Origin: Pseudomonas aeruginosa PAO1
GTDB lineage: Bacteria; Pseudomonadota; Gammaproteobacteria; Pseudomonadales; Pseudomonadaceae
Strand: one strand, 5' to 3'
Length of the DNA stretch: 64,000 bases
Assembly (NCBI RefSeq): GCF_000006765.1
Contig: NC_002516.2
In this document: positions 21,071 to 31,904 of the stretch, in pieces
How positions within the stretch are numbered: the first letter of the stretch is position 1
How the letters are laid out: the number at the start of each line of letters is the position of its first letter
Translations under genes and position numbers: made by a program
The notes under the pieces: generated by a model
The model's database searches: none
The model's input: only the letters and a program-made list of their open reading frames with translations
Told to the model about the DNA's origin: nothing

Positions 21071-21823
21071 ATGTCCGTATCCTCTGCATCCCTCGCCGGC
21101 AAAGTCGCCTTCGTCCAGGGCGGTTCCCGCGGCATCGGCGCCGCCATCGTTCGCCGGCTGGCCGCCGAAGGCGCCAGCGTCGCCTTCACCTACGTCAGCT
21201 CGGCGGACAAGTCCCGGGCCCTGGCGGCCGAACTCGAAGGCGCCGGAGCCAGCATCCTGGCCCTGCATGCCGATAGCGCCGACGCGGCCGCGCTCGTCGC
21301 CGCCGTCGACGAAGCGGCGGCTCGCTTCGGACGCATCGACATCCTGGTCAACAATGCCGCCGTCCTCGCCCTCGGTTCGGTGGAAGAGCTGCCGCTGGCC
21401 GACTTCGAGCGGACCCTGGCGATCAACGTGCGCAGCGTCTTCGTCGCCACCCAGGCGGCGGTCAAGCACATGGGCGACGGCGGGCGGGTGATCAGCATCG
21501 GCAGCACCAATGCCGAACGCATGCCGTTCGCCGGCGGCGCCACCTACGCGATGAGCAAGTCGGCGCTGGTCGGCCTGACCAAGGGCCTGGCCCGCGACCT
21601 CGGCCCGCGCGGGATCACGGTGAACAACGTGCAGCCGGGTCCGGTGGATACCGACATGAACCCGGACGACGGCGACTTCGCCGAGGCCCTCAAGGGCCTG
21701 ATGGCGCTGCCGCGCTACGCCCGCAGCGAGGAAATCGCCAGCTTCGTCGCCTACCTGGCCGGGCCGGAAGCGGCCTACATCACCGGGGCCAGCCTGACCA
21801 TCGATGGCGGTTTCTCGGCCTGA
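21071..21823 (+). CDS. Short-chain dehydrogenase/reductase, BdcA(YjgI)-like; PA0182-like
   Basis: 250 aa from ATG 21071 (GGAGA RBS) with GGSRGIG, NNA, YAMSK and VQPGPVDTDMNP motifs. Confidence 0.9.
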   Translation: MSVSSASLAGKVAFVQGGSRGIGAAIVRRLAAEGASVAFTYVSSADKSRALAAELEGAGASILALHADSADAAALVAAVDEAAARFGRIDILVNNAAVLALGSVEELPLADFERTLAINVRSVFVATQAAVKHMGDGGRVISIGSTNAERMPFAGGATYAMSKSALVGLTKGLARDLGPRGITVNNVQPGPVDTDMNPDDGDFAEALKGLMALPRYARSEEIASFVAYLAGPEAAYITGASLTIDGGFSA

Positions 21824-21856
21824 CCCGGGTCGCCTCGTTCCACCCGGCGAAGTAGC

Positions 21857-21916
21857 CCCTCTCCCCGACCTTCTGGCCAGACGTTCCCTCCTGAAGGGAG
21901 AGGGCGAGGGGAGAGG
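21857..21916. repeat. CCCTCTCCC/GGGAGAGGG-family nested hairpin, copy 1
   Basis: Outer CCTCTCCCC...GGGGAGAGG arms. Inner CTGAAGGGAGAGGG matches 58631-58644 at 13/14 positions. Lies between the convergent SDR and atsA genes. Confidence 0.65.
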
Positions 21917-21922
21917 TTCCGC

Positions 21923-23620
<1,698 letters not shown>

Positions 23621-24460
23621 TCAGCAAGCGATGAATTCGAAGGGCAGGTTTTCCACCCGTCGCGGCGGCGGCGCGACGTACTCGCCGTCGGCGGTCAGTT
23701 CGTGCAGCAGCGCTTCGCGCTGGCGCAGGAAGTCGAAGCCACCGCGCTCGCGCGGATGCGCCAGGCCCACCTCGACCACCCGCCTGATCCGCCCCGGACG
23801 CGGCTCCATCACCACCACCCGGTCGGCCAGGTAGAGCGCCTCCTCGACGTCGTGGGTGACCAGCAGGGTGGTGATACGGGTGCGCCGGCGGATCGCCAGC
23901 AACTCTTCCTGCAACTGCTGGCGGGTCAGTGCGTCGAGGGCGCTGAACGGCTCGTCGAGCAGCAGCAGGCGCGGGCTGGCCACCAGGCCACGGGCGATCG
24001 CCACGCGCTGGGCCATGCCGCCGGACAACTGGTGCGGGTAGGCACGCTCGAAGCCGTGCAGGCCGACCAGGCGGATGTATTCGTCGATCCGCGCCGCCTT
24101 GTCGGTTTCGCCAAGGGCTTCGTTGACCAGGCCGAGGGCGACGTTCTGCTGCACCGTCAGCCAGGGGAACAGGCGGTGCTCCTGGAACACGATGCCGCGT
24201 TCGCCGCCGATGCCGGCGATTGGCCGGCCGTCGACGCGGATCTCGCCGTCGTAGTCGCGGTCCAGGCCGATCAGCAGGCGCAGCAGGGTCGACTTGCCGC
24301 AGCCACTGGCGCCGACGATGGCGATGAACTCGCCCTCGCCGATCTCCAGGTCGAACTGCTGGATCGCTTCCAGTCGCCGGCCGTCCACGGCGAAGTGCTT
24401 GCGCACCTGGCGGAAGCTGACCAGCGGGGTGCCCGTGGCGGGCGCGGTGAATGCGTTCAT
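23621..24460 (-). CDS. atsC: Sulfate-ester ABC transporter ATP-binding protein AtsC
   Basis: 279 aa from ATG 24460 with Walker A GASGCGKS, LSGGMAQR and LLLDEP. Confidence 0.93.
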   Translation of the reverse strand: MNAFTAPATGTPLVSFRQVRKHFAVDGRRLEAIQQFDLEIGEGEFIAIVGASGCGKSTLLRLLIGLDRDYDGEIRVDGRPIAGIGGERGIVFQEHRLFPWLTVQQNVALGLVNEALGETDKAARIDEYIRLVGLHGFERAYPHQLSGGMAQRVAIARGLVASPRLLLLDEPFSALDALTRQQLQEELLAIRRRTRITTLLVTHDVEEALYLADRVVVMEPRPGRIRRVVEVGLAHPRERGGFDFLRQREALLHELTADGEYVAPPPRRVENLPFEFIAC

Positions 24461-26073
24461 GCGTGTCTCCAGCGCGTGGCGCGCGCTTCGATGCGTTGGC
24501 CGAGGGCATTGAGCAGGGCGCCGGTGAGGCCGACCAGGAGCATGCCGGCGCCGATCAGGTCCATGCGGAACAATTGCTGGGCGCCGATCATCAGGCTGCC
24601 GATGCCGCCGTCGGAGGGCATGAAGTACTCGGCGCCGATGGTTCCCAGCCAGGCGTAGATCAGCGCCAGGCGCAGGCCGGCGAACACCGACGGGGCGGCA
24701 CCCGGCAGGACCAGCCGGAGCAGCCGTCGCCAGGGACCCAGGCGCAGCACCCGGGCCGCCTCGCCGAGGCTCGGCGGCAGGCTGGCGATGCCGCGCTGGG
24801 TGGCCAGCAGCAGCGGGAAGAAGGCGGCGATTGCGACGAACGTCAGCTTGGCCGGTTCGCCCAGGCCGAACCAGGCGGTGAGCAGCGGTACCCAGGCGAA
24901 GATCGCCACCTGCCGCAGTGCCGCGAAAGTGGGGCCGAAGAAGCGTTCCGCCGGGCGCCACAGGCCGAGCAGCAGGCCGCCGAGGAAACCCAGGCCGCCG
25001 CCCAGCAGGAGCCCGCCGAGCGTGCGCTTCAGGCTGTCGAACAGGGCGCCTGGGAGGCTGCCGTCGAGCGCTCCGCTCCAGGTCGCCCGCGCCACTTCCA
25101 GAGGGCTGGCGAGGATCGCCGGATCGACCCATTCGGCGCTGCTCGCCGACTGCCACAGGAGCAGCAGCGCCAGCGGCGGCAGCCACACCTGCAGGCGCTG
25201 CCAGCCGCGTCCCGGCGGGCGCCGGCGGAATTCGCCGGTGGCGGCTTGCGGCCAGTGCAGCAGGCGGCGGTCGAGCCACTGGATGGCGCGGTCCATGCCC
25301 ACCCCGACCAGGCCGATGATGAGGATGCAGACGAACACGATGTCGAGCATGAACAGTTGCCGGCCCTGCACCATCAGGTAGCCGATACCCTCGCTGGAAG
25401 CCAGCAACTCGACCGCCAGCAGCGAGGTCCAGCCCTGCGCCAGGGCCAGGCGCAGCCCGGTGAGGAAGGCCGGCAGCGCCGCCGGCAGGATCAGCCGCCA
25501 GACCAGCAGGCGTGGCGGCAGGCGCAGTACTGCGGCGGCTTCGCGCAGCTTGGGCTGGGCGTCGCGCACGCCGACCAGGGTATGGATGGTCACCGGCACC
25601 ACGACCGCTTTCACCAGCACCACCAGCTTGAGCAGTTCGCCGATGCCGAAGAACAGCATGAACAGCGGGATCCAGGCCAGCGTGGGGATTTGCGCGAGGG
25701 CGCTGAAGGTGGGGAAGACCAGGCGCTCGGCACGCGGACTGAAGCCCAGCCAGGCGCCTAGCGCGGCGCCGCTGGCGACCCCGGCGAGCAGGCCCCAGGC
25801 CAGGCGCCGCAGGCTGATCGCCAATTCGCTCCAGAGTTCGCCGGCGAGCAACTCGCGGGCGCTCTGCCAGACCAGCTCGGGAGTTGGCAGCACCTGGGCC
25901 GACATCCAGTGGCGATGGCTGGCGACCCACCACAGCAGCGCCAGCCCGAGCGGCAGCAACCAGGGCAGCAGGCCGTCCCCCAGGCGCCGGGCGAAAGCCG
26001 CGGAGGGCGGCGGCGCCAGGCGCGGCAGGGGCCGGCTCCAGGCGGGCGAAAGGGTTTTATCGATATTCTTCAT
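24457..26073 (-). CDS. atsB: Sulfate-ester ABC transporter permease AtsB (two fused SsuC-like halves)
   Basis: 538 aa from ATG 26073 with two EAA loops (LREAAAVLRL, LGEAARVLRL); overlaps the atsC start (ATGA). Confidence 0.9.
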   Translation of the reverse strand: MKNIDKTLSPAWSRPLPRLAPPPSAAFARRLGDGLLPWLLPLGLALLWWVASHRHWMSAQVLPTPELVWQSARELLAGELWSELAISLRRLAWGLLAGVASGAALGAWLGFSPRAERLVFPTFSALAQIPTLAWIPLFMLFFGIGELLKLVVLVKAVVVPVTIHTLVGVRDAQPKLREAAAVLRLPPRLLVWRLILPAALPAFLTGLRLALAQGWTSLLAVELLASSEGIGYLMVQGRQLFMLDIVFVCILIIGLVGVGMDRAIQWLDRRLLHWPQAATGEFRRRPPGRGWQRLQVWLPPLALLLLWQSASSAEWVDPAILASPLEVARATWSGALDGSLPGALFDSLKRTLGGLLLGGGLGFLGGLLLGLWRPAERFFGPTFAALRQVAIFAWVPLLTAWFGLGEPAKLTFVAIAAFFPLLLATQRGIASLPPSLGEAARVLRLGPWRRLLRLVLPGAAPSVFAGLRLALIYAWLGTIGAEYFMPSDGGIGSLMIGAQQLFRMDLIGAGMLLVGLTGALLNALGQRIEARATRWRHA

Positions 26074-26143
26074 GGGAATATAAATCGCCGAATAAATGCA
26101 TTTTTTCGCTAAGAAGGGCCATTTAAAGAAAGGCCCCAGGCAG

Positions 26144-26186
26144 CGGCAAATGCATTTGGAGAATATTTTCCATGCTCTGGCTGCAT
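26144..26186. promoter_or_regulatory. Tandem LysR operator A (atsB/atsR divergent region)
   Basis: ATGC-N7-GAAT at 26150-64 plus a perfect ATGC-N7-GCAT at 26172-86. The first 32 nt are 26/32 identical to the reverse complement of 32835-32866. Confidence 0.75.
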
Positions 26187-26339
26187 ATGACGCGGAGAGG
26201 CCCGTGCGGCCTGTCATACTGCTTGTGGTTATAAAAAAATGAATTTTTATTATTTATTTTCGAGGCGCCGCTGTGCATAGCTAGCCGCACACCCGCTCCC
26301 GGCGGGAATCCCTCTCTTCCCGTTCCAAGGAGCCGCCCC

Positions 26340-27401
26340 ATGAAAGCGCTTACGTCTTCCCTGCTCGGTCTGTTCGCCGCGCCTGTGCTCGCCGGCCTGC
26401 TCGGTGCCTACGTGCCGCTGGCGAGCGCCGCTCCGCCGAAGGAAATCCGCATCGCGGTGCCGGACGTCAGCGCCGGCAGTTCGCACTCGGGCGGCGGCGT
26501 GGTCGACGTGCTCTACACCCGCCAGTTGCTGGAGAAGGAGTTCGCCAACGACGGCATCGCGGTGAAATGGAGCTTCTTCAAGGGCGCCGGCCCGGTGGTC
26601 AACGAAGCGTTCGCCAACGGCCAGGTGGACTTCGCCTACCTCGGCGACCTGGCGGCGATCATCGGCAAGTCCGGAGGCCTGGACAGCCGCCTGCTGGCCG
26701 CTACCGCGCGAGGGGTCAACCACTATCTCGGCGTGCAGCCGGGCTCCGGGATCAAGACCCTGGAGGATCTCAAGGGCAAGCGCGTAGGCATCTTCCGTGG
26801 CACCGCCAGCCAGTTGTCGTTCGACAATGCCCTGGCCAGCGTCGGTCTCAGCGAGAAGGACCTGAAGGTGATCAACCTCGATTTCAGCGCCGCCCTGTCC
26901 GCCCTCGCAGCCAGGCAGATCGATGCCACCTGGGGCCTGGCCGGACTGTTCGCCCTGCGCGACCGCGGGCTCGCGGAAATTCCGCTGAGCACCCGCGACC
27001 TGAACGGCGCCGGCACCCTGCAGGCGCTGCTGGTCGGCTCCGGAGCCTTCGTCGATGCCCATCCGGACATCACCGAGCGGCTGCTCAAGGTGCAGTTGCA
27101 GGCCCAGGACTGGCTGGCCCGCGAGGAGAACCGCGACGCCTACATCGAACTGGTGTCGAAGCAGGCCAGCTACCCGGTGGTGATCCTGCAGAGCGAGTAC
27201 CGTGGCCGCAAGCTGGGCGACGCCCTGTCGCCGCGCCTGGACGCCGATTTCCTTGGCCGGCTGGATGCTTCGATCCAGGCGGCCAAGCGTTTCGGCCTGA
27301 TCCGTCGCGAATTCAGCGCCGAGCAGTGGGCCGCGCCGGAACTGCTGGAGGCGGCCGGCAAGCTGGCGAAGGCCAAGGCCGTGGCGCAGGCGGCGGAGTG
27401 A
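26340..27401 (+). CDS. atsR: Sulfate-ester ABC transporter periplasmic binding protein AtsR
   Basis: 353 aa with a signal peptide and SsuA-like motifs (FFKGAGPVVNEAFANGQVDFAYLGD, GTASQL); divergent from atsB. Confidence 0.9.
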   Translation: MKALTSSLLGLFAAPVLAGLLGAYVPLASAAPPKEIRIAVPDVSAGSSHSGGGVVDVLYTRQLLEKEFANDGIAVKWSFFKGAGPVVNEAFANGQVDFAYLGDLAAIIGKSGGLDSRLLAATARGVNHYLGVQPGSGIKTLEDLKGKRVGIFRGTASQLSFDNALASVGLSEKDLKVINLDFSAALSALAARQIDATWGLAGLFALRDRGLAEIPLSTRDLNGAGTLQALLVGSGAFVDAHPDITERLLKVQLQAQDWLAREENRDAYIELVSKQASYPVVILQSEYRGRKLGDALSPRLDADFLGRLDASIQAAKRFGLIRREFSAEQWAAPELLEAAGKLAKAKAVAQAAE

Positions 27402-27818
27402 CGCCGAGCCGGGGACGGCCGAGGCGGCGCCGTTTCGTAGCAATTTGTAATATGTTTCGAGATTCTTGCACCGACCCAACCAATGACTGGATCGAGCGAA
27501 GTATCCAGCCGTTGGTCGGGGATTCTGCGTATATCGCGTCATGAAAGTTTCACGCGGGTAATCCGCAGGTTATTCCGCGATCATTTCGTTCGTTAATCGC
27601 CCCATATATTCAGATACAAAATCGGCACTGCCAATTCTTCCAGTTTTCCCTTCCGACAATTCTCCCGACCCTCCCCGGAAACAACTCCAAGTATCTCGCG
27701 GCGAACCGCCGCGTCCCGCATCTAGCCTGCCCATCACTACGACAGCGCGGCGCCAGCGCCGGGCCTCGCCCTGCGCGTCGGCGGCATTCCTGATTTTCTT
27801 CCGGAGGAGAGCGGTCAT

Positions 27819-28634
27819 ATGAATCTCGATAGCAAATTGTTCGACGCGACACTCGATCTCGAACGCGTGAAAGTTTCGGTGAGAACGCTGGTGAAGTTAT
27901 CCCGCCAGGAACAATCGGCGATCATCCGGACCCTCAACGAGTTTGGTTTCCTGCTGTTGCGCAGCGAACACGGCGAAGACAGGCAGGAACTTCTCGCGCT
28001 CAAGGAGTTGTTCGGCCGCGCCGCCCCCCACCCGCGCGCCGACGCCGACGGCATCGTGCCGATCAGCAATGCGCGGTATGTCAGCGGCTACCTCGGCTCC
28101 ACGCCGCTGGAGCACAAGCTGCACACCGACGGCGCTTTCCTCGACACCCCGGAGCAATTGTGCAGCCTGCAATGCGTGCGCAACGCCCGGGAGGGCGGGG
28201 AGACCCTGCTGGCCAGCGCCGGACTGGCCTTCGAGCGCCTGCGCCGGCGCATGCCGACCAAGCATCTCGGCCTGCTGCGCGGCGACGCCCTGACCATCGT
28301 GCGCAAGCACCAGAGCAGCACCCAGCCGGTGTTCCGCCTGAACGGCGAGGCGCTGGGCATCAAGTTCCGGCAGAACGACGGGGCGGCCGAGGTGGTCGAG
28401 CACCCTGTGGCGGTGGAGGCCTTCGCCGAACTGGTGGCGGCGCTCGAGGATCCGGCCTGCCAACTGCGGATCAAGCTCGAACCGGGGGAAATCCTGGTGC
28501 TCGACAACACCGCGGTGTTGCACGGGCGCACCGCCTTCTGCGCCAACGAACTGCGCGAAATGCGCCGGCTCAACTTCGACGGCCACGGCCGCCTGCGGGC
28601 GGAGCTGGAACTGGGCTTCAAGGTGGGGTTGTGA
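27819..28634 (+). CDS. TauD/TfdA (clavaminate-synthase-like) Fe(II)/2-oxoglutarate dioxygenase; PA0187-like
   Basis: 271 aa with HTD (LHTDGAF) and distal His (LDNTAVLHGRT). Confidence 0.8.
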   Translation: MNLDSKLFDATLDLERVKVSVRTLVKLSRQEQSAIIRTLNEFGFLLLRSEHGEDRQELLALKELFGRAAPHPRADADGIVPISNARYVSGYLGSTPLEHKLHTDGAFLDTPEQLCSLQCVRNAREGGETLLASAGLAFERLRRRMPTKHLGLLRGDALTIVRKHQSSTQPVFRLNGEALGIKFRQNDGAAEVVEHPVAVEAFAELVAALEDPACQLRIKLEPGEILVLDNTAVLHGRTAFCANELREMRRLNFDGHGRLRAELELGFKVGL

Positions 28635-29512
28635 TCGCACAGTTCGTCGCGGTGGTGCTGCCGATCCTGATCTGCACCGGGATCGGTTTCGCCTGGAGCC
28701 GTTCCGCCGGGCCGGTGGATACCCGCGCGCTGGTGTTCCTGGTGGCCAACGTCGGCTTTCCCTGCCTGCTGCTGTCGTCGCTGGACCGCCCCGGCCTGTC
28801 CATTGGCATGGTGGCCGGGGTGTTCCTCGCCACCGCGCTGGCGGTGCTGGCGTTCGCCCTGCTGGGCCTGGTCGCCCTGCGCCTGCTGCGGATGCCGGTG
28901 CGGCGCTACCTGCCGTCGATCATGCTGCCGAACTCCGGGAACATGGGCATCCCCATCGCCTACCTGGCCTTCGGCGAGGAGGCGCTGGTGTATGCGGTGG
29001 CGTTCTCCACCCTGATCCAGGTGGGTCACGCGACGCTCGGCGTCTGGTTCGCTTCGGGCGATATCACCCCGGCGAGCATCCTGCGCAACCCGATGATCTA
29101 TGCCCTGGCCGTGGCGCTGGGCCTGATCGCCCTGGGCTGGAGCCTGCCGCCGCCGTTGCGCGATGTGACCCGCCTGCTGGGTGGGATTACCGTGCCGCTG
29201 ATGCTGGTGATGCTCGGCCTGTCGCTGGCCGGTCTGCGCCTGCACGAGACCTGGCGGCCGTTGCTGCTGTCTCTGGTGCGGGTCTGGGGCGGTTTCGCGG
29301 TCGGCTATGGGATCGCTGCCGGCCTGGGCATGGCGGCGGTGGCGGCGGGCACCTTCGCCATCCAGTGCGGGATGCCGACCGCGGTGCTCACCTACCTGTT
29401 GGCCAAGCGTTACGACGGACCGGTGAACGAAGTGGCAGGCATGGTGCTGATCACCACGCTGCTGGTGCTGCTCTCCACGCCTTTGTTCATCCAGTTGCTG
29501 CCGCGCGCGTGA
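28631..29512 (+). CDS. AEC (auxin efflux carrier/Mem_trans) family transporter; PA0188-like
   Basis: 293 aa from GTG 28631 overlapping the upstream stop; about 10 TM segments with PNSGNMGIP and MPTAV motifs. Confidence 0.85.
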   Translation: MIAQFVAVVLPILICTGIGFAWSRSAGPVDTRALVFLVANVGFPCLLLSSLDRPGLSIGMVAGVFLATALAVLAFALLGLVALRLLRMPVRRYLPSIMLPNSGNMGIPIAYLAFGEEALVYAVAFSTLIQVGHATLGVWFASGDITPASILRNPMIYALAVALGLIALGWSLPPPLRDVTRLLGGITVPLMLVMLGLSLAGLRLHETWRPLLLSLVRVWGGFAVGYGIAAGLGMAAVAAGTFAIQCGMPTAVLTYLLAKRYDGPVNEVAGMVLITTLLVLLSTPLFIQLLPRA

Positions 29513-29520
29513 AGACGATC

Positions 29521-29544
29521 CGGGCCGCCCCGCGGGGCGGCCCG
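29521..29544. terminator. Perfect 24-bp GC palindrome between convergent genes; possible bidirectional terminator
   Basis: CGGGCCGCCCCGCGGGGCGGCCCG is its own reverse complement; no U-tract on either side. Confidence 0.45.
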
Positions 29545-29549
29545 AGGCG

Positions 29550-30908
29550 TCACCAGATCGAGCGGGAGTAATCGACGACCAGCCGGGTTTCGTCGATGTC
29601 GCCGTCGAGATAGCTCGCGTTGCCCCGGTGCCAGGCCTGCGAGGCGCGCAGCGCGAGGCCGGCGAGGGGGCCCGCCTTGACCCGATAGGCGAAGCCGAGG
29701 TCGTTTTCCCGGTGCCGCCCGTCACGCCCGTAGAGTCCGGCGTAGATGCTCTCGGCGGCACTGCTGGCGCTGGCCCCGGCACGGCCGCGGGCATGCAGCG
29801 CATGCAGGCTGAGCCCAGGCAGGCCGAGCGCGCCGAGGTCCAGGTCATAGCGTAATTGCCAGGAACGCTCGCCCGGTCCGTTGAAGTCGGAGTAGCCCAC
29901 CGAGTTGGCCAGTACCATGGACGCGCTGGAGCGCCCGTCGCCGAAGGCCATGTAGTCGAACGGCTGCTCGCCATGGACACGCTGGTAGGCCAGGGTGATG
30001 CGCTGCGGCCCATGTTCGTAGCCCAGGGCCAGGGAGCTGGTCAGGGTGTCGATGCGGCCGAAGCGGCTCTGGCCGCTGTCGCGGGTGCGGTAAGCGTCGA
30101 GGTCGACCCGCAGCGCGCGCTCCCCGCCCAGCGGCTGGCGATGGCTGGCGCCGAAATAGGCCTGCTGCCAGATGTCGTCGAAGCGCGAGGCGTAGAGCGA
30201 CAGTTGCAGCCGCTCCGTGGCCTGCCATTGACCGCCGAGGAAGCCGACCGCGTCGAGGCGCACCGGATAGGCGCCGAGGCGTCCGTAGACGGTGCTGATG
30301 TCGCCGCGGACCTTGGATTCGCCGGGGCCGGAGGCGGCGGTGAAGCGCCCGCCCTCGAGCAGCAGCCCGTCGAACGAGCGGTCCTCCAGCAGCAGGCCGT
30401 AGGCCATGCCGGCCAGCGTGCGGTTGCTGCTGGCGGCGAACACCGGCGCGCTGGTGGTGGTCTGGCCGTACTTCAGGCGGGTTTCGCCGTGGCGTAGCCT
30501 GAGGGCGCCACCGACCTTGCCGTAGCGATGGTCGGGATGGCCGTCGGCGCCGACCGGCAGGTTGCCGGTGCCGGTGCGGCCGCCGCCGCTGTCCAGTTGC
30601 AGGCCGAGCATGGCATGGGCGTCGAGGCCGAAGCCGAGGCTGCCCGGCGTGTAGCCGGAGGCGAACTGGAGGCGCAGGCCCTGGGTGGCTTCCTCGCGGT
30701 AGCCGTTGCGCTCGCTCCTGGGCTTGAAGCGGTTGCGCCCGGCGTTGTTCGGGCTGTCGCGGTAGTCGCGGTTGAAGTAGTAGGTGCGAGCGAGGAACTG
30801 CAGTTCGCTGTCCTCGACGAAGCCCCCATCCCCGGCCGTCGCGGCCGCCCCTTCGGAAAGCGTGCCGGCGACCAGGCCGGCGAATACAGCGCGTCTGAGA
30901 TTTTGCAT
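29550..30908 (-). CDS. opdI: OprD-family (Occ) porin, OpdI-like
   Basis: 452 aa with GFVEDSELQFLARTYYFNRD, FASGYTPG, GLDAHAMLG, SDFNGPGERSWQLRYD and C-terminal Trp. Confidence 0.85.
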   Translation of the reverse strand: MQNLRRAVFAGLVAGTLSEGAAATAGDGGFVEDSELQFLARTYYFNRDYRDSPNNAGRNRFKPRSERNGYREEATQGLRLQFASGYTPGSLGFGLDAHAMLGLQLDSGGGRTGTGNLPVGADGHPDHRYGKVGGALRLRHGETRLKYGQTTTSAPVFAASSNRTLAGMAYGLLLEDRSFDGLLLEGGRFTAASGPGESKVRGDISTVYGRLGAYPVRLDAVGFLGGQWQATERLQLSLYASRFDDIWQQAYFGASHRQPLGGERALRVDLDAYRTRDSGQSRFGRIDTLTSSLALGYEHGPQRITLAYQRVHGEQPFDYMAFGDGRSSASMVLANSVGYSDFNGPGERSWQLRYDLDLGALGLPGLSLHALHARGRAGASASSAAESIYAGLYGRDGRHRENDLGFAYRVKAGPLAGLALRASQAWHRGNASYLDGDIDETRLVVDYSRSIW

Positions 30909-31155
30909 TTATTGTTTTCTCCCACCTGAGTGCCAGGTGGGCGCAGTCTCGGAAGTCGCTCCGCAGGCCGCTTGTGTTTCCCTGCCTCGGCTTTTGCCGG
31001 GGCCTGCCATTGGCAGGGGCTGGCATGTGCAACGGCAGGCCGGGTCAAGCATTTCGGAAGTCACCGACGGAGAGTGTGGCGTCGGCCGTCATCCGCAACG
31101 GCCGTGGGTGGGAGCCTAGGCTCCCGATGCAACCTCGCCTAAGGGAATACGCTTC

Positions 31156-31881
31156 ATGAACAACAAGACCCTATGCCCTTCGCTCTTGCTCTGCCTTTCG
31201 CTGCTTGCACCGCTGTCTTGTCTCGGGGAGACCGCCGCCGCGCCCTATCCGCTGGCCCACCCACCGCGCCTGGCCGACTACCTCCCGCCGCCGCCGGCGG
31301 CGGACTCGGCTGCGGCCGTCGCCGATCTCGGCGCGGTGCTGGAGGCGCAACGCCTGCGCACGCCCGAACAGGTACGCCGGGTACGCGCCCACGACCAGTG
31401 GGAGGACAACGTCTTCCCCTTCGCCGGCGACCTGCTGGGCGCCTCGTTCGACAAGGAACGCCTGCCGCTGACCCGGAGTTTCTTCAACCGCGCCCAGGAA
31501 AACCTGGTCGAGGTGCTGATGCCGGCGAAGAAGCACTTCGCCCGCCCGCGTCCCTACGAAGTGACACCGAAGGTGAAGCCGGTGCTGCCGCCGCCGGAGG
31601 GGGAGTCCTATCCCAGCGGCCACACCATGGACAGCTACTTCAAGGCCTCGCTGCTGAGCATGCTGGTGCCGGAGCATCACGATGCGTTCTTCGCCCGCGC
31701 CGAGGAGCATGCGCAGAGCCGTGTGCTGGCCGGCGTGCACTTCCCCAGCGACCTGGAAGGCGGGCAGACCGCCGCCGCGGCGCTGGTGGCGAGCCTGCTG
31801 GCCGATCCGGCGGTGGCCGCCGACTTCGCCGCGGTGCGCGAGGAGCTGCGCGGCGCGCTGGGGTTGCCGAAACTCCAGTAG
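31156..31881 (+). CDS. Class A non-specific acid phosphatase (PAP2); PA0190-like
   Basis: 241 aa with a signal peptide and all three PAP2 motifs: KKHFARPRP, SYPSGH, SRVLAGVHFPSD. Confidence 0.92.
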   Translation: MNNKTLCPSLLLCLSLLAPLSCLGETAAAPYPLAHPPRLADYLPPPPAADSAAAVADLGAVLEAQRLRTPEQVRRVRAHDQWEDNVFPFAGDLLGASFDKERLPLTRSFFNRAQENLVEVLMPAKKHFARPRPYEVTPKVKPVLPPPEGESYPSGHTMDSYFKASLLSMLVPEHHDAFFARAEEHAQSRVLAGVHFPSDLEGGQTAAAALVASLLADPAVAADFAAVREELRGALGLPKLQ

Positions 31882-31904
31882 AGGAAGGGAAACCGCGCGG
31901 CGGC

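Noticed and set aside
24457-26073. Absence of a formylglycine-generating maturase next to atsA
   Set aside because: atsB here is an ABC permease, not the radical-SAM AtsB. Cys-type sulfatases can be matured by enzymes encoded elsewhere.
26211-26217. CTGTCAT Pho-box half-site in the atsB/atsR region
   Set aside because: There is no second repeat at 11-bp spacing, and a single heptamer is expected by chance.
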